DNA from: a virus
Strand: one strand, 5' to 3'
Length of the DNA stretch: 33,730 nucleotides
Virus record (IMG/VR): IMGVR_UViG_3300014109_000001
Coordinates: 1-33,730 of that record
Part shown: positions 7,497 to 17,903 of the stretch, one piece after another
How positions within the stretch are numbered: the stretch's first letter is position 1
How the letters are laid out: every line of letters begins with the position of its first letter
The notes under the pieces: generated by a model
What the model saw: the letters and a program-made list of their open reading frames with translations, nothing else
What the model was told of the DNA's origin: nothing
Databases searched by the model: none
Translations under genes and position numbers: made by a program

Positions 7497-7522
7497 AAAA
7501 AAAGAGAGCCTAATAGGCTCTC
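7497..7522 (-). terminator. Rho-independent terminator between the holin and the fibre-like gene
   Basis: Minus-strand RNA GAGAGCCU-AUU-AGGCUCUC followed by UUUUUUU. It begins 5 nt after the holin stop, and the next RBS follows immediately. Confidence 0.75.
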
Positions 7523-7527
7523 CATAT

Positions 7528-7803
7528 TTAATCTTCGCTAGGCTCTGTATATGTCAGAGCTCTTGAGCTATCTGATAGCCCTGCTGTAGTAGGGTCAGGC
7601 ACAATATTTAGGGCGCTCACGATTGATAAACCGATAAGATAAGGGTTTGACAAAAATTTCAAGAATAACTCATAAACCCCACCCCAGCTAGTCAAATCCT
7701 CAAATTTTAACCCAAAATAGGTCAAAATAGGTAGGATGATAGCAAGTAGTAAACGGATAATAAACGCTCTATTTTTAAAGCGTACAAGCCAGTTAATTTT
7801 CAT
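7528..7803 (-). CDS. Holin, phi LC3-family type
   Basis: 91 aa. Hallmarks: MKINWLVRFKNRAFI at the N-terminus, two hydrophobic segments, and the C-terminal DPTTAGLSDSSRALTYTEP motif typical of this holin family. Confidence 0.8.
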   Translation of the reverse strand: MKINWLVRFKNRAFIIRLLLAIILPILTYFGLKFEDLTSWGGVYELFLKFLSNPYLIGLSIVSALNIVPDPTTAGLSDSSRALTYTEPSED

Positions 7804-7805
7804 TT

Positions 7806-8222
7806 TTAATTCCTCACTTCTAAAATGTTGTATTTTTGGTAGAGGCTATCTATATAGCCGTTCCCACCTAAATTTTTATAGCTCTTGTGCATTTCGTGGA
7901 TGATGTCAGACTCATGTACTGTAGTGTATCCACGGTTAATAGCATTAGTCATGTCTCTTTCTAGTCTTAAATACATAGTGACTAGATGAGCCTTATCATG
8001 TACCAGTAATTTTTTATTGACATCAGAAAGCATTTCATTATTTGAATGCCCTAAGTCTTGCACAGTCTCTACTGCATGCTGGATAGTGCCTAACTCGTTT
8101 TTTAGCTCATTAAATTGCTGTTTATTCAAGTTAGCTGACTTACTCGCTGTAAGTCCAAACCATCCAGTGGCAATTACACCAACAGTAGGGGCTAAGTGTG
8201 CTATTAAATCTGATATAGTCAC
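7806..8222 (-). CDS. Membrane protein with one N-terminal TM segment; possible second holin or lysis accessory protein (LL-H-like architecture)
   Basis: 138 aa. GTG start after the RBS AAAGGGGGG. TM segment LAPTVGVIATGWFGLTA followed by a helical region. It lies directly upstream of the holin. The function is tentative. Confidence 0.35.
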   Translation of the reverse strand: MTISDLIAHLAPTVGVIATGWFGLTASKSANLNKQQFNELKNELGTIQHAVETVQDLGHSNNEMLSDVNKKLLVHDKAHLVTMYLRLERDMTNAINRGYTTVHESDIIHEMHKSYKNLGGNGYIDSLYQKYNILEVRN

Positions 8223-8237
8223 TTTAGCCCCCCTTTC

Positions 8238-8861
8238 TTATTGTGGCACTGCCTCAGTATTTAGCTCTGTGCTTGTTGTAGGGGTATTCTCTTTTGGTGG
8301 CTCCCATTTCCAAATACCTAGCTTTCCATTTCTCTCAAGGTCTGCTAGTTCTTGCAATGTCTGACCTTGGTAAGTAAATGACTCATTCACTTGCACCATG
8401 ACACGCTTGCCCTCTTGAAATTGCTCACTGTGCTCTGGATTTTCAATCGTAAAAATGTCATGAGATTGGTAGGTTTTACCGACCTGGGCAAGGTCAACCA
8501 ATTCAAGACCACGCTTGAATACTGTAGGGTCTAGTGGATTGTCCACATCTGTCACTCTTGCAAGTACAGCCCAATTAGCAATGGCTTTGACAGCGTTAAT
8601 CTCATTGTCTTTTTCAGCTAATTTCTGGTCATAGCTTTTCTCTTGGTTTTTTAAGTCTTCTTGCAACTTTTTGACACCATCAGCAGGGTTAAACTCTGTG
8701 GCTACCTGGCCAAGCACTGCCTCAATTAGCACCTCATCTGACTCGTTCACACGGTTACCGATTAGGACACGGTCAAAAGCTGTGTAGGGTGTCTCTTTAC
8801 GGATTGCCACAAAAGTTCTATTACTATCTTGCAAATATTTGCTAATTACTTTAAATTCCAT
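8238..8861 (-). CDS. Hypothetical protein (N-terminus reminiscent of streptococcal-phage DUF1366 proteins; tentative)
   Basis: 207-aa ORF between the tail genes and the lysis genes. Only its position and the N-terminal pattern MEFKVISKY...SDEVLIEAVLGQVATEFNP support the call. Confidence 0.3.
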   Translation of the reverse strand: MEFKVISKYLQDSNRTFVAIRKETPYTAFDRVLIGNRVNESDEVLIEAVLGQVATEFNPADGVKKLQEDLKNQEKSYDQKLAEKDNEINAVKAIANWAVLARVTDVDNPLDPTVFKRGLELVDLAQVGKTYQSHDIFTIENPEHSEQFQEGKRVMVQVNESFTYQGQTLQELADLERNGKLGIWKWEPPKENTPTTSTELNTEAVPQ

Positions 8862-8866
8862 ATATA

Positions 8867-9124
8867 TTATCCTTCCTCAATTTGTTTGGCTTTTACTTCC
8901 TCATAGAGGTTTTTAAGGCGCTCATCAGATTGTAAAATCTTATTCATTCCCTCAAAACCTAACTTGATATTTTCCAAGTCAGCTAGAGCCTTATCACGCT
9001 CATCTCTAACTTGTTGCAACTCAACCAGCGCCTCATCACGTTCAGCAAGGCTGAAAGCCTCCGAGATACTTTTATTAGCTATCTGAACGCCTAAATTATT
9101 AATTACTTTATCTGTTGTGTTCAT
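8867..9124 (-). CDS. Hypothetical coiled-coil protein
   Basis: 85-aa ORF, tightly packed after the Tal gene, with a heptad-like charged sequence. Confidence 0.5.
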   Translation of the reverse strand: MNTTDKVINNLGVQIANKSISEAFSLAERDEALVELQQVRDERDKALADLENIKLGFEGMNKILQSDERLKNLYEEVKAKQIEEG

Positions 9125-9141
9125 GTTTCTGTTTTACCTTT

Positions 9142-12100
9142 CTAAATTCTTACGTCGTATCGTCCTGGAGAACCGAGTTTGTTTCGTTTAAACCAGTTTT
9201 CAATGCCAATAAAATTCTGATTAATTAAATCAAATACTTTTGCTAGAGATTTGCCTTTTATCCATATTTCATGACTTGCCCCTATTGTTCCAACTTTCAT
9301 TGTTTCAACATTTTTAATTTCATTTTTGACATTATCAAATATTATTCCTCTCTGGTCAGTAGCGTTATACATCATTGCTATTTCATCACCGTATAGATTG
9401 ATAGCTGTTGTGTTGTCGTTGGTATTCCAAATCTGGATACCAGCAGAGCCATCATCCATGTTTATCCTACCATTTGAATTAGACATTAGAGCGGTATATG
9501 AACCAGGTTTATCGGAAATTGCACCAGCACCGAAAACAAGGTATTGAATAGGTCTGCCTGCAAAATGGTTTACAACTCCTACACCTTCCCTGTCCATTTC
9601 AATCCAACCCGTCTGTAGGTCAAAATTGGTAGCACTATTTAATGATGATAGCTTACCACCCTTGATAATGTTAGCTGTCAATCCATCTGTGACAATGTTT
9701 TTTGATGAAATATTGATAATTCTAGCTTGGCTTGCGTCAATTTCTCCGATATGAGCCGTTCCGATTTGAGCATTGCCAATCATGGATTTTTTAATCACAC
9801 CGTCTTGAATATAGGTTTTTTCACCCACGGCAACAAGAGCATCATTGATACGAACTGAACCGTCTTTGTTTAGATTCAACTGTCCGAGGATATCGCCGGC
9901 ATTGTTCAAGGTTTTGACTGACCACGAATTAGAAAGCTGTGTGACTTGTGTCCGTGTCGCTTCCAAACCTTGAGCAATCTGTACTGCTCTTGCTTGTGCG
10001 TCGGTAGCAAGTCCTTTAGCTTCGTCTGTGATTTTATAAGCATCATCAAACTGACTCGGCTTGTATGGGCCAGTCTTTGAACCACGAACCAAGATAGGTT
10101 CTTTGAACTCAATCCAACCATTCTTAGCGAGGAAGATATAAAATGGATAGTTTTTGTCTTCACCGAATGCAAAGTCTTCTTGTATAGAAAAAGTTTTTTG
10201 GAACTCCTGCCACTCATCAAGTGGCGGTCTATTCTCTCCGATGTTAGCCCAAGTTAAGGTTTTGTTTAACCCGTGGTTTTTGACATTAAACGCAAAAGAA
10301 ACGTCTGGATATTCCCTAATGCGGTACTTAAACCCTAGCGTATAAGTTTCACCATGATAAACTTTTTTAACGTAAATAGGCAAAGAGAAACCTGACCAGT
10401 TATAACCTGTTAAACCTTGCGCCTTAATTGTGAAAATTCCATCGCTTACAGATACATTCACACCGTCTCTAGTAGCATTTACTAGCGTGTGCTTATCCAT
10501 TGTCATTGAGTTGACAATCAAGTTGTTATCATCTGTGACATACTTTCCAACCTCTGTCTGAAAAATCTCGCTACTCATGATAAGCCGTGATAGCTTGTCA
10601 GGTGCTCCAACTTCGGATGCACCTAATATACGCTCATGGATTTTAGCCGTTTCTTTTACATTTTGGAAATCAGCAAGAGAAACCTTGCCATTTAGGTCAG
10701 TCCTCAAATTAGCAATTAAGTTAGAGGTTTCTACAGCTGTTTGATTGGCTTTATTTAAAGCTTGCCCTGCCTTACCATCAATTTGAGCGGTCTGAGTTTT
10801 CAAAACAGACAATTTTTGTTCACTGTCTTGCTTGTATTGTGATAACTCTTGGCCTGTTGAGTTAGAGGCATTCTTAGCCTCTTGAGCAAGTTGTTTAGAG
10901 ACCTCAGCTAATTCTTGAGTAGCATTTGACTTTTTGAATAAATCAGAAATTTTCTGGTCATTTTTGCCTTGTAGCCATTCTATCCTATTATTGACAGACT
11001 CAAGTTGTTGGTCTACATCTTTCTGAACACGGGCAACATCCTCAGTGTCAAGCCGTTTTTCCCACATGCTACCATTCCAGATATACATCCGTTGATAACG
11101 GCCATTTTCCTCAAACCATATATCACCTATTTTGTGCTCAATATTTTTGGCTGGTGTTTCATTCCAAATCTTATTACCAGTGCCACTGATGAGATATTGA
11201 GGTAGAGTGCTCTCAATAGAGGCTTGTTTTTCCTCAACTACTGATAAACGGTCAGCAATCCCTGCAGTCATGCTAGATGACAGAGATTGACCGATAGTGC
11301 CTAGCGTTATCTCCTCATTAGAGTCAGTGTAGACATCATAGACCACCTTGACTACTTTCTCAGTGGTTGTAGTGATGTCAAATTGTGGATAGTAGAGAGG
11401 GATGATGTCACAGAGCTCAACTTCTTCCATGACCCCAAAATCTTGATAGTCCAAAGTCTGTGATAAATCTACATAAGAGACCTCTGTAGAGATTTTAGGA
11501 GCTCCAATGTTATTGCTATTGATGTAAGACTGGGCTAGTGACCTCAATTTTTCAGCCGTTGGAGGGTGCTTGTCATCAAATTTGCCTGAGAAATCTACCA
11601 GAGATATTCTTCTCTGAGCATATAATTTCAAATAAGGACTATCTATGATGTGCTCAGGCAATGTGACTAAGACCTCATGTGAGTCCTCTGAGCCCTCAAC
11701 ATTTGGCGTGTAACGTGCAAATGGATAGATAGAGGTATAGTTACCATCTAGGAGCCTCTCCTCCTCTACACTGAGCAAATTACGCCCATACTCTAGCACT
11801 GTTGGAGCCTTACGCCCCATCTGTTTATGCAAGATGATGAGGTTATTGTCAAACTCATACTCACCACCGAAAACATCAAGGATGGAGCCTGAGACCCCAC
11901 CTAATGCTTTCCTAGCACTTCCAACCTTATCTACTTCCCATGAGATATTACCTATAGTTTGGATGTCTGAGCTAACATCAAATACATCATCTCCTACCAG
12001 ATTATCTTTCCAAAGTCTAAGGGCTGCCTCAGCTGTAACCTTTGAGGCTTTTACCACAGGTTTTAAGGCAATGTCTGAGGTTCTCATAGAGATATGACGG

Positions 12101-12366
12101 GCATAAATTTCAATATGTTCACTACTATTCTTGACTATACGGTTAATCTCAAATGTTTGCCACTTAGTCCTCTTACCAGCGTCTGACTTGATTTTCATTT
12201 CCTCTTTAAAAATAGAGGCAAAACGGCCATTCACTGGGTATTTGATATATAAGTCATAATTACCATTTCTCTCTCTGGTAACAGTGACCTTATAAGCGTC
12301 TGAAATCTCACCCAGCCCAAAAGTTCTAAATGAGCGTTCATCAGCTTTATATAATACTGGGTTCAT
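9142..12366 (-). CDS. Tail-associated lysin / tail tip protein (Tal; prophage tail endopeptidase-type N-terminus)
   Basis: 1074 aa, immediately after Dit with an overlapping start. It has a long central coiled-coil region and a C-terminal domain. Its position and size are typical of a siphovirus Tal. Confidence 0.7.
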   Translation of the reverse strand: MNPVLYKADERSFRTFGLGEISDAYKVTVTRERNGNYDLYIKYPVNGRFASIFKEEMKIKSDAGKRTKWQTFEINRIVKNSSEHIEIYARHISMRTSDIALKPVVKASKVTAEAALRLWKDNLVGDDVFDVSSDIQTIGNISWEVDKVGSARKALGGVSGSILDVFGGEYEFDNNLIILHKQMGRKAPTVLEYGRNLLSVEEERLLDGNYTSIYPFARYTPNVEGSEDSHEVLVTLPEHIIDSPYLKLYAQRRISLVDFSGKFDDKHPPTAEKLRSLAQSYINSNNIGAPKISTEVSYVDLSQTLDYQDFGVMEEVELCDIIPLYYPQFDITTTTEKVVKVVYDVYTDSNEEITLGTIGQSLSSSMTAGIADRLSVVEEKQASIESTLPQYLISGTGNKIWNETPAKNIEHKIGDIWFEENGRYQRMYIWNGSMWEKRLDTEDVARVQKDVDQQLESVNNRIEWLQGKNDQKISDLFKKSNATQELAEVSKQLAQEAKNASNSTGQELSQYKQDSEQKLSVLKTQTAQIDGKAGQALNKANQTAVETSNLIANLRTDLNGKVSLADFQNVKETAKIHERILGASEVGAPDKLSRLIMSSEIFQTEVGKYVTDDNNLIVNSMTMDKHTLVNATRDGVNVSVSDGIFTIKAQGLTGYNWSGFSLPIYVKKVYHGETYTLGFKYRIREYPDVSFAFNVKNHGLNKTLTWANIGENRPPLDEWQEFQKTFSIQEDFAFGEDKNYPFYIFLAKNGWIEFKEPILVRGSKTGPYKPSQFDDAYKITDEAKGLATDAQARAVQIAQGLEATRTQVTQLSNSWSVKTLNNAGDILGQLNLNKDGSVRINDALVAVGEKTYIQDGVIKKSMIGNAQIGTAHIGEIDASQARIINISSKNIVTDGLTANIIKGGKLSSLNSATNFDLQTGWIEMDREGVGVVNHFAGRPIQYLVFGAGAISDKPGSYTALMSNSNGRINMDDGSAGIQIWNTNDNTTAINLYGDEIAMMYNATDQRGIIFDNVKNEIKNVETMKVGTIGASHEIWIKGKSLAKVFDLINQNFIGIENWFKRNKLGSPGRYDVRI

Positions 12367-13079
12367 AGTTTAACCCCCCAATTTGGCACGGCTGTCATTG
12401 TAAAATTACCAGTCCATGAAATCCTATTATCTCCAACATCAAATAGAGGCATTCTGTGCTTGCCATTCCTTGTGATTTTATCCCAGGCTGACAGATTGCC
12501 ACTATACACTAGATGTTTCTGCATATCTATTATGAGCTCATTTTGGACGCTCTCAAGTGATAACTGGTATCCGTTGATGGTCAAAATACCATTACCATTA
12601 CCTCTAATCTTAATTAGTGGCTTAGATTGTACGTTACCAAGATTTTTAAGAGTCATCCCATTTGTCAAAGTGATTTCATTGCGTCCAGTTTTTAAAAATT
12701 TGATAGGGTGAATTAAAAAGTTTAATTTCACCTCACCAAAATTCCTAAGCAATTCCTTAACGCTAAATGACTCAATAAAAGTAGCAAGATAGATATAATC
12801 AGGCTCCCATGAAAACTCCAATTCTTTCCATCCCTTGACATTGAGCCAATCACTTATAGCTACCTCTGATGTAGATAATCTTTCAGCTGTACTGAATTTC
12901 ATAGGAAACTCACGCTTGACAGGTTTAAGCCTTTGATTATCTTTCAAAAGCACCCCATCACGCCCTGGCACCTCAATAGTCTCAACATCATAGGAGGCAG
13001 AGCTAAACTCAATATCATTTATAATTTTTAACCCAAAATCACTAGATTTCTTGCCATCAAATTTAATAAATGTGCTCAT
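12363..13079 (-). CDS. Distal tail protein (Dit)
   Basis: 238 aa. Its start overlaps the TMP stop. The N-terminus MSTFIKFDGKKSSDFGLKI is typical of phage tail family (Dit) proteins. Confidence 0.7.
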   Translation of the reverse strand: MSTFIKFDGKKSSDFGLKIINDIEFSSASYDVETIEVPGRDGVLLKDNQRLKPVKREFPMKFSTAERLSTSEVAISDWLNVKGWKELEFSWEPDYIYLATFIESFSVKELLRNFGEVKLNFLIHPIKFLKTGRNEITLTNGMTLKNLGNVQSKPLIKIRGNGNGILTINGYQLSLESVQNELIIDMQKHLVYSGNLSAWDKITRNGKHRMPLFDVGDNRISWTGNFTMTAVPNWGVKL

Positions 13080-16000
13080 TAAGTACCTCCTAATCGTTCT
13101 TTTTCTCTATTTGTGTACCATGCCATCTCTTTCATGAGGCTTTGGATGTCACGTTTCTCACTCTCATCTACCTTGTTGCCATGGTAATTAAAAGTGTACT
13201 GGTTGTTAATTTCTGCATTAGTGCCTGAGCCAGATTTTTCAGACTGAGCTTGTGCAAGTCCAAGGCTCATTTTTAATGACTGACTTAATGTGTTATTACC
13301 AAGTCCAAGCAAGTCCTCAGCGCCAAATTTAAAGGCTGACATCTCTTTTTGAACATAAGCCAAACTGTCAGTAACATCTGAGGTATTTTTCTCAATACCT
13401 ACAGCGATACCTTGAGCAATATAGCGCCCTACATTATCTCTAAATAGCCTTGATGGTGAGTGTATTCTAGCTCTAGCTCTTGCAGCTCTCTCAGCTTGAG
13501 CGACAATGGCATTAGCTGCAGCTGTCACAGCCCCTAAGGCTGAATACATACCACTTGCTAACCCTTGGCTAATCATAGAGCCTACATATCGCATAGTAGA
13601 TACACCTCTCATCCCTGCTGAGCGTATTGAGTTGACCATTGATGACATTGCTGATGTAGCTGAGCCAATGCCTGAGCGTATGCCGTTTGTTATACCTGTT
13701 GAAACTCCACGCCCTGCCTGTTGACCAGCTTGAGTCATTTGACTTGCTGATTGTCTTACCACATTAGTCATCTGTTGCATACTTGAGCTCATTTGTGAGA
13801 CAGCTTGTGTCATCGCTGACCTAATCACTGAATTAAGCTGAGACATAGCTGACACAGCAGAGCTAGAGATGTTAGCAAAACTAGAGGCCACTGCAGGAGC
13901 TGATGACGCTAATTGCATGATAGATGTGTTAGCTGTCATAGCTGAGGATGAAATTGCTGAGAATTGGCTAGGAATTGTGCCTAGCACCCCACCTAGGGAG
14001 CTAATAACTCCAGCCGTTGCAGAAAATCCTGATGTCATTGCTGATGTAGCTGACATAGTAGCCACTAAGGCACTTGATAAACCAATAAGGGCACTCTGTA
14101 AGACAGTAATGCCTGAAACAGCACCAGACAAGCTACTAAATGAGGCCACTGCTGATGTAGCAAATGTGCTCATAGCTGTACCTGCTGTTGTTAAAGCGTT
14201 TGGTAATTGGTTAATGCTTGTGCTTAGTGCACTCAATGCTGTTGGTAGGGTCTCTATGGCTACGCTTGCTGCTCTTGCTGATGTAGCTATCAAACCCAAT
14301 CCTATTCCTGATTGTTGCAATCCTGAGCCAGCTGTAGCGATACCTGAGTTAGCAATAGCTGCCAATCCTGTAGCTGTTGCTCCCAGAGTGGCCACTAGGT
14401 CTCCTAGGTTAAGGTCTACTAACATTTTTATCCCTTGAGCCATCAACTTCACGCCTACTCCAGCATTTTTAGCAGCATTACCCATACTTTCAAAGATACC
14501 AGCGACACCATCAAGCACACTCCTAATAACTGAGCCAAATGACTCTATTACGCCCTTGGCGCTATCCAGGATAGACTTAACTTGTTCACCAAATGTCTTA
14601 ATCAAATTGGTCAAACTATCAATAATAGGGCTAATTTGATTTACAAGGTTATTAAATGACTCAATAAGTGACTGGATAACAGGAGCTGTTGCAATTACCA
14701 TCTCAGTAATCGCTGGCACAAATGGAGCGATAGCTTGGACGATTTGGACAACTGCCTCAGTGACAATACTAACCACTTTGACAAAAGTATCTGAAATAAT
14801 TTCAACAATAGGGGTTATAGCTTTAGCTACCTGAGCAATGCCTGAGCTGATAGATGTTATTACTTTGCTAATTGCTGAGCCTAGTGCTGTAATAACGGGC
14901 GCTAACCCACTAAATGAACTGATGATGGAGCTAACTGCTTTCCCTACAGCTAAAATAACTGGGGACATCATTGCGAATGATGAGGCTATAGTAGGGAGCA
15001 CAGGTGCTACAATTACAAGGGCTTGAGCTAAGCCTTGGATAGCCATGTTTAGGATAGTACCTATAGCTGTACCTACACTGACCACCACATCACCTACAGC
15101 TTGCAAGATTGCAACTATACCCTGACTTTGAGTGGCTAAAAGCGTCAACCCTGCAGCAATAATAGCTACACCCGCTCCTATACCTACAGCTGCAATAGCT
15201 ATAGCTCCACCAAATGCTAGTATATTTGCTACACCTGCTGTTTTTAGTGCTGCTCCAAATGCACGGATGACAGGCGCTAAACCTGAAAGAGCTGTTTTTA
15301 AACCTTGTCCAATTCCTACAGCTGCTGTCTTGATAGATGTGCCTAGAGATTTAATGATATTTGATAAACCATTAAATAACTGAGTGATAGTACTTTTGGA
15401 TTGTCTGACACTGTTTGTAGCGCCATCAACTGCCTCAGTGGCATTGGTTTTAAATAGCCCAAAAGGATTGAACGACTGTAAAAAGTTAAACGCTTTGAAA
15501 GCAACAACTGCCCCACCAATACCTATAACTAGACCTTTCCAAATATCTGCACTAATTGACTGTGATAATTTTGAAATCCAGCTAATGACTAATGAAATAG
15601 CGTTTACTACATGACCTACAGCAGCCCCTATGACATCCCAAGGGATGACATCACCTAATTTTATAGCAAGGTCTACAGCTGCAGCTGTGAAATCCTTGAA
15701 AGCACTGTAAGCATTTTTAATAGCCCCAGTGTTAGCAAATGCCTCAAGAGCAAATTGAACGCCAGCGGCTAACTCTTGAATGGCTACATTTACTAAAATC
15801 ACTACATTAGCGATACCCTCAACAACATTACTAAATCCATTGCTGTCACTGGTTAACTCCTCAAAAAGAGACTGTACTGTGACTACAATATCTCTGATTG
15901 AGTCTGAGATGTAATCAAATACGCCAGCTTTATTAAAAATAGCAAAGAAATTAGAGACCATTTGACCTGCTTGAGCAAATCCATTAGATAAGCCTGAGAT

Positions 16001-16894
16001 AAAACCCTCTACATCAATGCTATCTAGTAAGCTACCTAATTTATCTGCTAAACTATCAAAATTGATTTTGTCAAAAGAGTCTGAAATTGCATTGACTGCC
16101 TTAATTCCAAACGAATTGAGTTTGTCAAAGGCTGGCATTAGCTTATTAGAGAGGCTTTCTTTTGCCCCGTCTATGGCTTGGTCAACCGTTTTAAACTCTG
16201 TGGCCATTTTTTGAAAAGCGTCTGAGTTACCTGCTTTGTTCATAGCGTCAAAGAAATCCTCAGTCTTAACTTTCCCATCTTGCACAGCTTTTACAAGGTC
16301 AGCAGTAGACATTCCCATCTCTTTTGCTACTGCAGCCATACCAGCAGGCGCCTGCTCCATCATGATTTTAAAGTCCATCCAAGCTACTTTGGGCTTACTT
16401 GCCATCTGTGTTGCTTGAGTTGACAATGATTTCATGGCTTGTGCTGGGTTTTCTGCTGAGGCTGCAAGACCACCAAAGGCCTTAACTAAGCTACCTACAT
16501 TTTTAGTACCTACAGCGTCAAGCTGTGAGTAAGTATTAGCCATGTCAGAGGCTGAGTAGATGGTCTTGGTTGCAAAGTCTTGCATTTCAGTTTTTGCTGC
16601 CTTGATTTCCTCAGATGAGCGCCCAAAGGCTTGGAGGTTTCCCTCAAATGTTTTCCAGGCTTTCTGTGAGCTATTGAGTTCAGAGGCCATCTCACGGATA
16701 CCACCAGAAACTGCACTGACTCCAGCTGATAAGGCTGAGCCAATCAAATTAGCTCCCAATACAGACTTAAATACAGAGCCTACTTTTTGTCCTGTACTCT
16801 CAAGGCCTCCAAAAAGAGACTTTAGCTTGCTGACTCCAGCTTGAGCACCTGAGCCATCCATGTCAACCTTGATAGTTACTGAACCATCTGCCAT
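13079..16894 (-). CDS. Tape measure protein
   Basis: 1271 aa, the longest ORF, lying between the chaperone genes and Dit. It is Ala/Ser/Gly/Ile-rich with a long hydrophobic central section. Confidence 0.9.
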   Translation of the reverse strand: MADGSVTIKVDMDGSGAQAGVSKLKSLFGGLESTGQKVGSVFKSVLGANLIGSALSAGVSAVSGGIREMASELNSSQKAWKTFEGNLQAFGRSSEEIKAAKTEMQDFATKTIYSASDMANTYSQLDAVGTKNVGSLVKAFGGLAASAENPAQAMKSLSTQATQMASKPKVAWMDFKIMMEQAPAGMAAVAKEMGMSTADLVKAVQDGKVKTEDFFDAMNKAGNSDAFQKMATEFKTVDQAIDGAKESLSNKLMPAFDKLNSFGIKAVNAISDSFDKINFDSLADKLGSLLDSIDVEGFISGLSNGFAQAGQMVSNFFAIFNKAGVFDYISDSIRDIVVTVQSLFEELTSDSNGFSNVVEGIANVVILVNVAIQELAAGVQFALEAFANTGAIKNAYSAFKDFTAAAVDLAIKLGDVIPWDVIGAAVGHVVNAISLVISWISKLSQSISADIWKGLVIGIGGAVVAFKAFNFLQSFNPFGLFKTNATEAVDGATNSVRQSKSTITQLFNGLSNIIKSLGTSIKTAAVGIGQGLKTALSGLAPVIRAFGAALKTAGVANILAFGGAIAIAAVGIGAGVAIIAAGLTLLATQSQGIVAILQAVGDVVVSVGTAIGTILNMAIQGLAQALVIVAPVLPTIASSFAMMSPVILAVGKAVSSIISSFSGLAPVITALGSAISKVITSISSGIAQVAKAITPIVEIISDTFVKVVSIVTEAVVQIVQAIAPFVPAITEMVIATAPVIQSLIESFNNLVNQISPIIDSLTNLIKTFGEQVKSILDSAKGVIESFGSVIRSVLDGVAGIFESMGNAAKNAGVGVKLMAQGIKMLVDLNLGDLVATLGATATGLAAIANSGIATAGSGLQQSGIGLGLIATSARAASVAIETLPTALSALSTSINQLPNALTTAGTAMSTFATSAVASFSSLSGAVSGITVLQSALIGLSSALVATMSATSAMTSGFSATAGVISSLGGVLGTIPSQFSAISSSAMTANTSIMQLASSAPAVASSFANISSSAVSAMSQLNSVIRSAMTQAVSQMSSSMQQMTNVVRQSASQMTQAGQQAGRGVSTGITNGIRSGIGSATSAMSSMVNSIRSAGMRGVSTMRYVGSMISQGLASGMYSALGAVTAAANAIVAQAERAARARARIHSPSRLFRDNVGRYIAQGIAVGIEKNTSDVTDSLAYVQKEMSAFKFGAEDLLGLGNNTLSQSLKMSLGLAQAQSEKSGSGTNAEINNQYTFNYHGNKVDESEKRDIQSLMKEMAWYTNREKERLGGT

Positions 16895-16913
16895 TTATTC
16901 CCTCCTTTCTAAA

Positions 16914-17513
16914 TTAGTAGTCAAAATCTTTAGGTAGAGCGTACTCTTTTTTGAGTTCTTTCATGCTCTCTCTATACTTCTTACTATCTCCCTTTTGAGG
17001 TTTATAAGCTCTTATCTTGATAACCTCAGAGAATTTTGTATCACTTGGTAGGCCATTTAATAGAGCATTAAACTTTTTCCAGTGTAGGCTGTTCTGAGCG
17101 TCTATGAGGTCAATGCCGTATGCTTGCATGAATGATGAGTAAATATACTCAGCGTCATATTTCAAGCTAAATAGTCTGGCACTTGTCTCTGATTGACTTC
17201 TAGAGCGTATCTTGCTTTTAATCGGATTGCCTGCTAGGTCTAGCACTGGTGCCGTGTCTCTAGCTGGAATAAGCCTGATGTGCTCCTCAAATATCATCTT
17301 GAATATGCCAGTGGCCTCCTCAGGTGTAAGAGCTTGAGTGAAATCAACATCTGTGAATATCTGCAAAGCAAGATAGGGCTTGTAAATCTCATCAATTCCA
17401 TCATCATTGATAAGCTCAATGGCTTTCAAAACTTTGTTAAAAGAGATATTCATAGGGTACACATCATCACCAAGGACTAACTCATCAGTCAATTTCCTTG
17501 ATAAATCTAGCAT
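16914..17513 (-). CDS. Gp15-family tail assembly protein (chaperone position)
   Basis: 199-aa ORF directly upstream of the TMP. Its ATG lies 1 nt after the preceding stop. Confidence 0.5.
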   Translation of the reverse strand: MLDLSRKLTDELVLGDDVYPMNISFNKVLKAIELINDDGIDEIYKPYLALQIFTDVDFTQALTPEEATGIFKMIFEEHIRLIPARDTAPVLDLAGNPIKSKIRSRSQSETSARLFSLKYDAEYIYSSFMQAYGIDLIDAQNSLHWKKFNALLNGLPSDTKFSEVIKIRAYKPQKGDSKKYRESMKELKKEYALPKDFDY

Positions 17514-17514
17514 G

Positions 17515-17874
17515 TTAGTCTCCTAAATATTTCTTGAGAGCGTCTGTGTTATTACGTTGCTCCCATTCTGAGATGACACCATTGATAGTCTCAAGTAAGT
17601 AAGCCATTGTGTCTACAGTAGACCCATTTGAGAAATCGTAGACTTTTTGATAAGCCTCAGCGTCAAATAGCTCTGTCCATGAGTTCTTAACCATGTCTTG
17701 TAAAGCCTCAAATGCTTTGTCATCTTCTGCATTGGCTACTTTTTCGCCCTCATCTTTGAGGATTTTGCCAAGTCTCTCCATTTTGTGGATATTTTGGTCA
17801 TTGCCGATAAATTCAAGAGTAAACTCTCCAAATTCTACAGGGATGACATTATCACGCTTTTTAATTACTACCAT
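17515..17874 (-). CDS. Tail assembly chaperone (gpG position)
   Basis: 119-aa acidic ORF between the major tail gene and the Gp15-like gene. Confidence 0.5.
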   Translation of the reverse strand: MVVIKKRDNVIPVEFGEFTLEFIGNDQNIHKMERLGKILKDEGEKVANAEDDKAFEALQDMVKNSWTELFDAEAYQKVYDFSNGSTVDTMAYLLETINGVISEWEQRNNTDALKKYLGD

Positions 17875-17903
17875 TATTTTTTTCTCCTACTAATTTTTTA
17901 ATC

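Noticed and set aside
13506-16844. A series of plus-strand ORFs (for example 13869-14438 at 189 aa, 15132-15383, 15384-15614, 16560-16844) and a minus-strand alternative-frame ORF (16510-16743), all inside the tape measure gene
   Set aside because: All lie entirely within the 1271-aa TMP ORF. Their Ala/Pro/Ile-rich products are what the antisense of GCN/AGC/ATT-rich coding sequence looks like. None has an RBS or fits the gene order, so I treat them as spurious.
16914-17874. A programmed -1 frameshift joining the two tail chaperone ORFs (gpG/gpGT type)
   Set aside because: The second ORF has its own ATG 1 nt after the first stop (TAA C ATG). I saw no XXXYYYZ slippery heptamer near the end of the first ORF.
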